DNA of 64,000 nt, taken from an uncultured virus (IMG/VR IMGVR_UViG_3300048587_001148) (lineage: Duplodnaviria; Heunggongvirae; Uroviricota; Caudoviricetes). The position numbers were made by a program, and so were the translations under genes. This document shows positions 49,101 through 57,607 of this stretch, piece by piece (the first letter of the stretch is position 1; each line of letters starts with the position of its first letter). A model generated the notes under the pieces. It saw nothing but the letters and a program-made list of their open reading frames with translations. It was not told where the DNA came from and searched no databases. The stretch lies in the IMG/VR virus record IMGVR_UViG_3300048587_001148. One strand, 5' to 3'.

Positions 49101-50317
49101 GGCACAGTCCTTGGCGGGCGCGAAAGCGACCAGCCGGTCGTAACGACGTCCAGTGCGAGCGCGGCCACCCTGGGATATGGGGAGCCGAGCAATCCGCCCG
49201 CGACCTCTGCAATGAAGGCGTCTCGTGCGGGACTGTTGGGTGCTTTGATGATGCGTTCAAGGGCTGTGAAGCAAAGGCCCTCGTTGTTGCCGGCGAGATA
49301 TTGTTCGGCCGCCTGAAGGAGGAGGCGTGTCGTGGTGGCGTCGAGCGGAGCGATCTGCAGGATGCCGAAGAGGTTTTGGTAGCCAATCTGCCGTAGACTC
49401 GGGAGCGGGAACCCCCCAGGGGAATGCGTCAGCCATCGCTTGTGAGCGTCGACGACAAGCTTCGTTTGGAGGGAGCGGAGATACCCCATCTCCCTCGTGG
49501 TCGTGGCGTGGAGCATCTCGGCGAGTTGGACACGCTCTCCCGACGGGAACACCGCAATGTCCGCCGCGGTCTCGACGACCACGCGCGACCAGAACTCTCG
49601 TCCGTGAGGGCACAATCCCCCTCTATCAACCTGCGAGAGGTGCGCGGCCATGGTACGCGGCCCAAACGCTGCCACCCAGAGCTCCGCCAAGAGCGACCAG
49701 TTTGGTTGTATCACCGGGTCGATCCGTTCACGTAGCGCCCGCGCGAATGCACCGAAATGGTCCGCCCCTGGCCACGGGGGAGGGGATGCGACCCACCACT
49801 TCATCACCGAATCCCCAGTCCATTGCTGCGGGGTGGGCGTCTCCATCCACTCATGATCGTCGCGCCAGGGTATATGGCCCACCTCCGGGCCATCCCCGCG
49901 CGTGTCAGGGGCGCCATAGAGCATCGCCCAGGCGCGTGCGGTGTTTTTCCCGTAGAGTCGCTGTTGCTTGATGCGCTCCCTGATCTCGTCTTGCAGCGGT
50001 GATGGCGCGGTATAGACGTCGCGGAGTCGAAGTCCTTGGACGAGGTCGAGGGGGTCCGCCGTCTTGATGACCTGGGGAAGGGTATTGTCGCTGTCGAGCT
50101 CCCGGGCGGCTTCCCATCCGCCGGCCGCCAGAAGCTCCGGGAGAAAATTGACCAGAAGCTGTCTTTGGGGCATCCTTTCGAGGGTACCTGCGGTGAGGAT
50201 TCTCCGTGCCGTCGCGCGCGCGCTGCCCATCGGGTTGTCTTCCACCGTGCCCAGGGGAGGCAGGATGCCCCGTGGATCAACCTCTGGGAGGACCGCAATC
50301 TGTGCTGGTGGATGCAT
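49097..50317 (-). CDS. Family-B hypothetical protein with the shared C-terminal motif
   Basis: PELLAAGGWE, WWVASPPPWP, RDAFI..LLGSPYPRVAALAL; TTGGTG-N17-TATGGT-N6-ATG. Confidence 0.8.
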   Translation of the reverse strand: MHPPAQIAVLPEVDPRGILPPLGTVEDNPMGSARATARRILTAGTLERMPQRQLLVNFLPELLAAGGWEAARELDSDNTLPQVIKTADPLDLVQGLRLRDVYTAPSPLQDEIRERIKQQRLYGKNTARAWAMLYGAPDTRGDGPEVGHIPWRDDHEWMETPTPQQWTGDSVMKWWVASPPPWPGADHFGAFARALRERIDPVIQPNWSLLAELWVAAFGPRTMAAHLSQVDRGGLCPHGREFWSRVVVETAADIAVFPSGERVQLAEMLHATTTREMGYLRSLQTKLVVDAHKRWLTHSPGGFPLPSLRQIGYQNLFGILQIAPLDATTTRLLLQAAEQYLAGNNEGLCFTALERIIKAPNSPARDAFIAEVAGGLLGSPYPRVAALALDVVTTGWSLSRPPRTVP

Positions 50318-50421
50318 TTCATGACCATACCGTCTCCGCGGGGGCCCACCAAGCACTGGGAATTCCGTGATCGGCAGCCGGGGGGGAGCGGCCAGAGGCC
50401 CTCGGGCACCTGGTTTTCGCT

Positions 50422-50455
50422 GGCACCTAACAAAACGAACCTTTTGTTAGGTGCC
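50422..50455. other. Perfect 34-bp inverted repeat; dif/loxP-like recombination site or operator
   Basis: GGCACCTAACAAAA-CGAACC-TTTTGTTAGGTGCC between divergent genes. Confidence 0.6.
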
Positions 50456-50506
50456 TCGATCGATTACGGGCCCGTGTTTCGGGTCTTCCGACAGCCTTCG
50501 GGCCTG

Positions 50507-50521
50507 TATGGTGGGCTCATG
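50507..50521 (+). promoter_or_regulatory. Representative TATGGT -10 box with leaderless ATG (motif recurs across the window)
   Basis: TATGGT-GGGCTC-ATG; the same geometry occurs at 14410, 45178, 47808, 50317, 51184, 53651, 54346 and 60513. Confidence 0.7.
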
Positions 50522-51124
50522 ACCTCTCCTGCTGTCGCACCTGTCCCGCTCCCCACTCCCGATGACGATTTTCCGTGGCCGACGTTCTGGGCCGTACTCG
50601 GCATGCCCATGAACATCGGCCTGCCGGGGACTTCCGTCGACTCCCCCCTTGCTGTGGTTCAGGTCCACACGGCGGAGTACGTCCTGATCAACGAGGCCCG
50701 CGGCCAGCGAGTTGACCTATTCGTTCGGCTGGCGCGTCGGATGGATCGCAAGACGGTCGTCGAGTATATGGAAATCGCTGAGGCCTCAAGCCATTCCAGG
50801 CAGGCGCTCGCCCTCCTGCCCGGCGGGCATGTCGCTCGCTGGTCCTACGGCTCCCCGTGGCAGACCTATGCGCAGCTCGAAGAAGATGGCGATGACATGA
50901 ACGACAATGGCGACGTCATCGGGACCTCCACGTGCCTCCTCGAGTGGGCCCTGTGCAATCTCCAGGACATCGCCAGCGGTGTGCGCCCCCCCGTACCGGG
51001 CTGGGACGTGCTCGCCACCAGGTTGGTCAACGAGACGCTGGGCAATGATGATCCCGTCATGGCGCGTGAAGCGCTGGCACTCGTCGTGGCTCTTCGCGAG
51101 TCATCGGGCGCGCCGATGCGGTAG
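50519..51124 (+). CDS. Family-C hypothetical protein with the shared C-terminal motif
   Basis: DDDFPWPTFWAVLGMP...IASG.RPPVPGWDVLA..LGNDDPVMAREAL. Confidence 0.8.
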   Translation: MTSPAVAPVPLPTPDDDFPWPTFWAVLGMPMNIGLPGTSVDSPLAVVQVHTAEYVLINEARGQRVDLFVRLARRMDRKTVVEYMEIAEASSHSRQALALLPGGHVARWSYGSPWQTYAQLEEDGDDMNDNGDVIGTSTCLLEWALCNLQDIASGVRPPVPGWDVLATRLVNETLGNDDPVMAREALALVVALRESSGAPMR

Positions 51125-51183
51125 TTTGCGTGCGTCAGTACCAATAGATCGGTCACGGGTTCAATGGCCGTGTATGGTGTCGC

Positions 51184-52092
51184 ATGGCCGGCCTTCCAGA
51201 TACTCCCATGCTGCAGCGTGCGGTCTTCTTGGAGCCCGCACCGGATGAAATACCCGCGTACCAGGCGGGCTTTGGGGTCTCCGAGGCTGAGTGGCACGCG
51301 TTGGTGTCGTTGGGCTCCATGAACCTCCGGACCAGGACCGCCAGAGCACTCATGACCCGGTATCCTGGGCTGACGGCCGACGGATGCGCTGCCGCAGACC
51401 GGGTTTTCTCCGTCCACTACGGGCCACCGTACCCCCTACCTCCCTCTCGATACCTGCCCGACACCCTTCACGGCCTGCGTGACCGGCTCACCGGAGACGC
51501 GAACTCTGAACAGTTGGTGGTCGACATGCAGGCATTGCCCGGCGAAGCCGATCGCATGCTCGCCATGGTGTTCCCACAGGTCGCCATGATAGCTTCTGCG
51601 GGAAGTCGCCTCACAATCACTGACCGCCTCCTGCGCGCGGTGACACGAGCGGCCCTGCCGTGTGTCCGAAGCGCGCCGCCTGCTTGGTGGTGGGCCCCTT
51701 GTTCTGTTTATGAGCAATTGTATGCGGGGCCCAACCCTCCCATCATGCGTTACCCGGGACAGTGCGACATCCTCGCCGCCCTCGCGCCTTCCTATTGGCC
51801 AGTCGGCGCAGTCGACATCTACCGCCTTGGCCATGCGCCGCCCGAGATGCTCCTCCATCCGGCCCTGACGCCGGAATTGCTTGGTGCATATCTCGCACAG
51901 CCGGATCTACCAAGCCGGCGGTATGTCTCGGACGTCCTGGCATACCATCCAGGCCTTGCTGGCGACCAGTCCGAGGCGTGGCGCGAGGTTATGGTGACGA
52001 GCATGGCTGGCTCATCGAACCCCACGTGGGCAGCGTTCGCACTCGAGCTGCTCGCGGCGCGTCCTGGACGGTATCGCGGCACACCACGGTAG
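51184..52092 (+). CDS. Family-A hypothetical protein with the shared C-terminal motif
   Basis: RYPGLT, PPAWW, LAAL.P.YWP, LLHPALTPELL, MAGSSNPTWAAFAL. Confidence 0.8.
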   Translation: MAGLPDTPMLQRAVFLEPAPDEIPAYQAGFGVSEAEWHALVSLGSMNLRTRTARALMTRYPGLTADGCAAADRVFSVHYGPPYPLPPSRYLPDTLHGLRDRLTGDANSEQLVVDMQALPGEADRMLAMVFPQVAMIASAGSRLTITDRLLRAVTRAALPCVRSAPPAWWWAPCSVYEQLYAGPNPPIMRYPGQCDILAALAPSYWPVGAVDIYRLGHAPPEMLLHPALTPELLGAYLAQPDLPSRRYVSDVLAYHPGLAGDQSEAWREVMVTSMAGSSNPTWAAFALELLAARPGRYRGTPR

Positions 52093-52278
52093 CTTGTCGT
52101 TGTCGGCAGGCCCTGCTCGCGGTGCCCCTAGGTGGCAGCGCCGATAAGCTTTGGACGTGGCCTATGGTCACGAACACAAGAAGGTGGAGAGCACACGTCG
52201 GATGCAGAACGGGGGGTACCCTGTGTGGTACCGCGCCTTCCTTGACCGGACCCCACCCCTGCGGGCTATACCACACAA

Positions 52279-52704
52279 ATGCTCCCTTACTTTCCGCGGC
52301 CGCTGGATGATGATGCTGCAGGCCGAATCCTCGCGGCTCTCGCCAGGGAGGGCGTGTCGATCGAGCGTGAGACGCTACCAGACGGACGTATCCTCATTTA
52401 CTTGACCAACAACGCCACCCGCGCGCGCCGCAGTTTTCTTGCGCCACTGAACCTCCTGCATCGACTGCCCGAGGCAACGGTCGCCATGGCCGGTGAGATT
52501 GCCTTGCGGAAGCATGCAGCCCACAGCGACCTTGATGGCTGGCTCCGGACTACTGGATACGGAGTCGATCGCGAAGACCTCCGCGGCAAGGACCTCCGCC
52601 GCGCACTTCTTGAACGCGAGGATGCTGCAGAGCTCGGTGCGGTGTTCTGCGCCGTGCTCGGGTCGGAATGGGACCTGGTCATCGAGGCAGCCCTGCGCGG
52701 GTAA
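52279..52704 (+). CDS. Hypothetical protein
   Basis: 141 aa with natural composition. Confidence 0.65.
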   Translation: MLPYFPRPLDDDAAGRILAALAREGVSIERETLPDGRILIYLTNNATRARRSFLAPLNLLHRLPEATVAMAGEIALRKHAAHSDLDGWLRTTGYGVDREDLRGKDLRRALLEREDAAELGAVFCAVLGSEWDLVIEAALRG

Positions 52705-52751
52705 CTACCCTCGGGCGGATGACCGGCCTGTTGTTGGGCCTGCCTCGCTCC

Positions 52752-53537
52752 CTATTCCCGGTAGCGGCCTTCCGCGGATGACATGCTGAGTCCTTCGGTC
52801 GGGGCGCCAAGGTCACACACGATGGGTTGGGCGGGCAACGCGTAGAGCGTCTCGCCGATCGCAAACGAAATGCCGTCGATGTGAGAGAAGGTGAAGGTCT
52901 CCCCCATTGTCACGTCGTGCCGCCGCGGATCGATGTACCCAGCGGCGGTAGCATAGGCGATGATGCGCTTGAGTGGGAGGACGAGTGTCGGGCTAAGATC
53001 TTCTTCCCACAATCGCACGCATGGCGTGAGGCGCTCCACGTCACCTGCGTTAAGCAGGTCGCTCTTGCCTACGGCGTCAAGCAATTCCTCATCGACGGGA
53101 TCCAGTCGGACCACCTGGTCCGCGCTGAGCTCCGTGGCGACCCTCGCCAGATCACCCTGGAGCCATGCGGGGTATTCCTCGCACAACACGCCCGGGTAGT
53201 TGCCTCGCACGATACCATATTCATTCCATCGGTAATGTCCGAGAACACGGCCGGTCGTGACGTCGAGTAGGAGGCGCCCGCCGCCACCTGCATCCTCTGC
53301 CCACCCACGCGGCATCAGGCCGTCAAGGAAGCCCGACAGTCTATTCAGCAATCGCTCGTCCGTCTCGCCTAGCGGCACTCCCTCTGCCCCGATGAGCTTT
53401 ACATGCGACTCGGGAGTGAGGTGCTCATCCGTGAAGCAGTTGACCTCGACCCATCGGACGCCTTGCCCCAGAAGCGCCGGGCCGAGTTTGCGGCGCCAGT
53501 AGTCAATACTCTGACTGGATGGTCTCGTGGCCTCCAT
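52752..53537 (-). CDS. DUF6878-like paralogue (divergent copy)
   Basis: W...LG..L...GV...GWAEDAGGGGRLLLDV..G....WNE...YPAWLQGDL; AGGAGG RBS. Confidence 0.7.
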   Translation of the reverse strand: MEATRPSSQSIDYWRRKLGPALLGQGVRWVEVNCFTDEHLTPESHVKLIGAEGVPLGETDERLLNRLSGFLDGLMPRGWAEDAGGGGRLLLDVTTGRVLGHYRWNEYGIVRGNYPGVLCEEYPAWLQGDLARVATELSADQVVRLDPVDEELLDAVGKSDLLNAGDVERLTPCVRLWEEDLSPTLVLPLKRIIAYATAAGYIDPRRHDVTMGETFTFSHIDGISFAIGETLYALPAQPIVCDLGAPTEGLSMSSAEGRYRE

Positions 53538-53650
53538 TCCCGCCTCCTTTCTCGTTCCAGAGCTGCATGGGGTTGCGTCTCTCCTTATCATACGGGTGCG
53601 GTCACTCTTACGGCGATGGTGTGCTGGGGTTGATCGCGTATGGTCTTCCT

Positions 53651-54235
53651 ATGGCCCTCATCGCTCCGATCTCCCTCTTGCGCCCGCAGGACGACTTTCC
53701 CTGGGCAAGCTTCTGGTTCCTGCTGGGCCTCCCGACGCATCTCGCCCCGCCCCACACCGGTGATGCAGCACTCCTTGACCCTGAGGTGACTCGCCTCTCG
53801 GCGACCATCAGGGCGGCGGGTGTTCTCTCTGGGTATTGGATGCGCAAGGGTGATGGTTCGATGGTTGGGTGTGGTGTGGAGATCAGGGATCGCACGCAGG
53901 AGATCGACCAGATCGCCAGGCTCCCGCAGGGTCTTGTCGCCCTTTCGCGCGACGACGCGACCCACGAAGTCTTCGCAGACTGGTGTACCGTCGAAGATTA
54001 CGAGGATGACCCCCTGTTGGCTGAGGATGCCGAGCCGATGGAGCTGTCGTGGCTCCTCTGCTATCGGGTAACGTCCAAGCTTGCACTGATCGCTTCGGGC
54101 GAGCTCCCTCCAGTTGAAGGTTGGGAGCAGCTGGCCTCTGTGATGGTGGCTGAGTACCTCGGCCATTCCGAGCCGCACCTGGCAAAATGGGCTCTGCATA
54201 TGGTGTCCTCGCTCCCAAATCGCCCTGCGCTGTAG
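53651..54235 (+). CDS. Family-C hypothetical protein with the shared C-terminal motif
   Basis: QDDFPWASFWFLLGLP...IASGELPPVEGWEQLA..LGHSEPHLAKWAL. Confidence 0.8.
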   Translation: MALIAPISLLRPQDDFPWASFWFLLGLPTHLAPPHTGDAALLDPEVTRLSATIRAAGVLSGYWMRKGDGSMVGCGVEIRDRTQEIDQIARLPQGLVALSRDDATHEVFADWCTVEDYEDDPLLAEDAEPMELSWLLCYRVTSKLALIASGELPPVEGWEQLASVMVAEYLGHSEPHLAKWALHMVSSLPNRPAL

Positions 54236-54345
54236 CCCCTCGACGCGAAGCAACCTTCATCCACGGTAGGGACTGATAGGCGGCGCCGGTCTTCTGGTCA
54301 CACCTGGCGCGGTCTCCCCACTAACCGGCCTGTATGGTGTCGGAT

Positions 54346-54951
54346 ATGGAAGCTGTACGGTCGCACGATCCGATCCTCGTCCACGCCGCAGGCGATGACT
54401 TCCCCTGGGCAACCCTATGGGGTGTCCTCGGGATGCCTGAGGGATTCGGCCTCCCGGGGACCGCGTGGATGCCTCCAGTGTTCAGGTCCCAGGTCCAGGA
54501 GTGGCGGGCGTCGGCTCGTGTGTGGTGTGGCCATCTCGGTGTGCTGGTCGTTGCCAATCGTGCCTCTGCCCCTATAGATGTTGGCCCTCAGCTGACGGAC
54601 CTCGACATTTTTGTCGATGGCACGAGCCGCTTGCCGGTGTTGCTTCCGGGCCATCGCGTGGGTGAGTCCACCTTTGAGGGTGGCGTATGCCATTGGATGA
54701 CGCTTGAGCGCTTCGAGCGGCTCGAGTCCGCCCGTGGGGCTGCAGCGCGCCCCCCTTCCCTACTGTTGCTGCATACGGCTTTCAGTTACCTCTTGGAGGT
54801 GGCCGCGGGCTCCCGGGCACCCTTTCCTGGTTGGGAGCACCTGGCAGATCGGTTGCTGGGGGAGTTTCTCGGCCACCCAGATACCACACTCTCGCAGCAA
54901 TCGATTCGCCTTCTCGCACTGCGGCAGGCTCACTCCGGAGTGACACCATGA
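54346..54951 (+). CDS. Family-C hypothetical protein with the shared C-terminal motif
   Basis: GDDFPWATLWGVLGMP...VAAG.RAPFPGWEHLA..LGHPDTTLSQQSI. Confidence 0.8.
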   Translation: MEAVRSHDPILVHAAGDDFPWATLWGVLGMPEGFGLPGTAWMPPVFRSQVQEWRASARVWCGHLGVLVVANRASAPIDVGPQLTDLDIFVDGTSRLPVLLPGHRVGESTFEGGVCHWMTLERFERLESARGAAARPPSLLLLHTAFSYLLEVAAGSRAPFPGWEHLADRLLGEFLGHPDTTLSQQSIRLLALRQAHSGVTP

Positions 54952-55829
54952 CCACGACGACAACCAACCCCACCCCGATCATGTCGTATGACCCTTCGTA
55001 CGGCGTTCCGGAGTTCGTGTGGTCTTGGTTGGTCGAAGTAGCCGGTGTGAAGGATTACACGGTAGGACAAGCTGCCGCGCAATACTTGTCGCGATATCCC
55101 GGGCTCACGCGGAGTGGTCGGGCTGCGCTACGCACCGTGGGGTCCTTCTTTGATCGTTCTGAGGAAGATGCCCGGCCCGGGGATGCCTCGGAGCCGCCTC
55201 GCACGCTTGACGAGCTTGCGGCGGCCGCGATGCCGCACGGTCAACGCGGCATGACGGCCGCTCAGCTCGCGTCGTGTATGGCAACGCACCCTGAGCAGGC
55301 GGAGGCGGCCTGTGCCACCATCTTTCCCGAGTTGGCGCGCCTGACGGCGCGTGGGACCCGTCTGGTGCTCGCGAATCTGCTCGTCGAGGCGCTGGTCCTC
55401 TCGGCTCATCCCGTGTTCCATGGCCCGCCGCCAGCCTGGTGGAGTGCCATGACCGCAATCTATGACGGCAGGCATCCATCCATCCGATGGGGGCAGACGG
55501 AGCATCAGTCGCGCCTGCTCGCGGCCTTGCCTCCGGCGTATTGGCCTGAATGCGGTCGCCAGCTCGTGCGTGAAGGTCTTGCCCGGCCAGGACTCCTGCT
55601 GCACCCCGCCATTACCCCGGAGCTCCTGACTGACTTCCTTCGCGCAACCAGTACCCTTTCAGACGCTCCCCACGCGAAGGACATCGCCGCCCTGCTTCCG
55701 CAGTGTCATGGCTGGGGGCGCGATGACGCGTGGACCGCGGCTGCGCTTGGGGGTACGATCGGCTCCCCCCATGCACCGCTGGCCTCTCTCGGACTCTCTG
55801 CACTCGCGAAGGCCCGCCGGATGCGCTGA
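54948..55829 (+). CDS. Family-A hypothetical protein with the shared C-terminal motif
   Basis: RYPGLTRSGR, PPPAWW, LLAALPPAYWP, LLHPAITPELL, IGSPHAPLASLGL; ATGA overlap with the upstream gene. Confidence 0.8.
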   Translation: MTTTTTNPTPIMSYDPSYGVPEFVWSWLVEVAGVKDYTVGQAAAQYLSRYPGLTRSGRAALRTVGSFFDRSEEDARPGDASEPPRTLDELAAAAMPHGQRGMTAAQLASCMATHPEQAEAACATIFPELARLTARGTRLVLANLLVEALVLSAHPVFHGPPPAWWSAMTAIYDGRHPSIRWGQTEHQSRLLAALPPAYWPECGRQLVREGLARPGLLLHPAITPELLTDFLRATSTLSDAPHAKDIAALLPQCHGWGRDDAWTAAALGGTIGSPHAPLASLGLSALAKARRMR

Positions 55830-55858
55830 CCCCCTCGGGGCTCAAGCCGCGGGGAGTG

Positions 55859-56704
55859 TCAACCCTGGACCCGCCGCGTGGGGCGTTTCGCGATGGGCGG
55901 CCCGAGCTCCCGGATCTCCGAGACCCCATCTTCCTGACGGGTCGCCCACGCTCCGATCCCGTGCGTTGCCCCGGATGAGAGCTCAAGCGACGGGTCATCA
56001 TCCCAATCCAACCCATCGAGCTTGATGTGCTCCACGAGTAGGGCGTAGGCGCATAGCCTCGCAGTGGCATCCTTGAAGGCCTGGCTGCTTTCGCTGAACG
56101 TTCCGATGTCCAGATGGGGCACGCAACGCGCTACGTCCGCCTCGGTGGGATCACGGGCGTCCGTTGTTCGTTGATCATGGAATTCCTCTAGGATGTCCTT
56201 TAGCTCACTGTCTACCCCAACCTCCGTTTCCTCTTCCAGCTCGATGGCGACCATCTCCAGGTCGGTCTGGAGCCATTGGGGATACTGGAGTGACAGGATG
56301 CTGGGCATCTCTGTCTTGTCTCGGTAGTCTTCGTTGTAATACGAGTCGTGCGTGAGAAAGCCCGTCTCCACGGTGACGCGGACCGTCCCACCGCCCCCCG
56401 CGTCCATTTCGTAATCAGACTCCACGAACGCCTCGCACCACTCGCCGATCTCTGGAACCATCTCAGCCGGGAGGTCGAAGTCTTCCTCCATGCCGTCGGC
56501 GCGGCGGTACGCAGTAAGATCCCAATCCGCTCCCGCATCGCCATAACCACTGTAGGTGTACTCGATGGCCACAGCTCCAAGCGCCGCAAGGCGAGGGCCG
56601 ATCGACGTACGCCACATGGCGGCGCGATCACTCTCCTCGTAGTCGTGCTCGTCGTGGTTGGGCTCGACGGTGCTGTGGTGGTCGGAGTGGGTCTCGGTGG
56701 ACAT
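55859..56704 (-). CDS. DUF6878-like acidic protein with C-terminal extension
   Basis: EYTYSGYGDAG...DYEMDAGGGGTV...YYNE...YPQWLQTDLE...RLCAYALL. Confidence 0.75.
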   Translation of the reverse strand: MSTETHSDHHSTVEPNHDEHDYEESDRAAMWRTSIGPRLAALGAVAIEYTYSGYGDAGADWDLTAYRRADGMEEDFDLPAEMVPEIGEWCEAFVESDYEMDAGGGGTVRVTVETGFLTHDSYYNEDYRDKTEMPSILSLQYPQWLQTDLEMVAIELEEETEVGVDSELKDILEEFHDQRTTDARDPTEADVARCVPHLDIGTFSESSQAFKDATARLCAYALLVEHIKLDGLDWDDDPSLELSSGATHGIGAWATRQEDGVSEIRELGPPIAKRPTRRVQG

Positions 56705-56754
56705 GTTGGCTCGCTCGGTGATTGGAGGTGGCGACTTCGAAATACTGTCTTGCC

Positions 56755-57567
56755 TTAGAGGCGATGGGCTCGATGCTGGTGTAGGCCTCCCAGTGGCCCC
56801 AGTCGAATCGTTGTGGTGGGGTTGGGCTCAGTACAGGTCTCCCATCGCCCGAGAAGGATTGTCTCTGTCTGGTCCACGGTGATGTAGGTCTCCTCGGGGT
56901 CGGCCTCGTCAAGGCGGATATGGCCGATGGCAAGTGCGTAGGCCAACAAGCGACATATTGGCATCCAATGTTGAGCACCGCGGACATTTGGTGCACCAAT
57001 GCTGAGGCTGGCGAGGATCACGGCCAGATCCTCTGCAGCGGTCGGACTCTCCGCTGCCGCCTCGTTGTGTGCCTCCCGGAACTCTACCAGGGCATCCTCG
57101 ATGTCGTCGTGGATATGCACGACCACTGGGGTCGCAAGGCATCCGGCGGCGATCTCGAGGTCGTTCTGGAGCCATTCGGGGTACTTGAGGGTCAGGAGGT
57201 GGGGTTGCTGGATGCGTACTCGCTCATCGTTGTTGTAGTACGATTCGTGGATCAGCATGCACCGCTCGACGGCCACCCGGATCGCCCCCCCTCCCCCCTC
57301 TGCTTGTTCATACCCATCATCGATAAAAGTGCCGAGCCACTCCTTCACCTCGTCAACGAGCTCGCGACCGAGCGCTACTCCTTGGCCAGCCTTGCCATAC
57401 GCGGTGACGTCATAGCCGTTCCCGCTGTCCCCATAGCCCTCGTAGGTGAGCTCCAAGATTGTCACACCGTGCGCCACGAGTGCGGCACCGATCCCGTTGT
57501 GCCATGTGGCCACGCGCGGGTCGTTGTGCGGGAGAAGTTGGCTGGTGGGGGGTGTGGTGGGTGCCAT
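56755..57567 (-). CDS. DUF6878-like acidic protein with C-terminal extension
   Basis: ELTYEGYGDSG...GYEQAEGGGGAI...YYNN...YPEWLQNDLE...RLLAYALA. Confidence 0.75.
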   Translation of the reverse strand: MAPTTPPTSQLLPHNDPRVATWHNGIGAALVAHGVTILELTYEGYGDSGNGYDVTAYGKAGQGVALGRELVDEVKEWLGTFIDDGYEQAEGGGGAIRVAVERCMLIHESYYNNDERVRIQQPHLLTLKYPEWLQNDLEIAAGCLATPVVVHIHDDIEDALVEFREAHNEAAAESPTAAEDLAVILASLSIGAPNVRGAQHWMPICRLLAYALAIGHIRLDEADPEETYITVDQTETILLGRWETCTEPNPTTTIRLGPLGGLHQHRAHRL

Positions 57568-57607
57568 GTGGGGGCTCGTGCGGAGATTCGCCGTTATGGC
57601 GTGTGGA

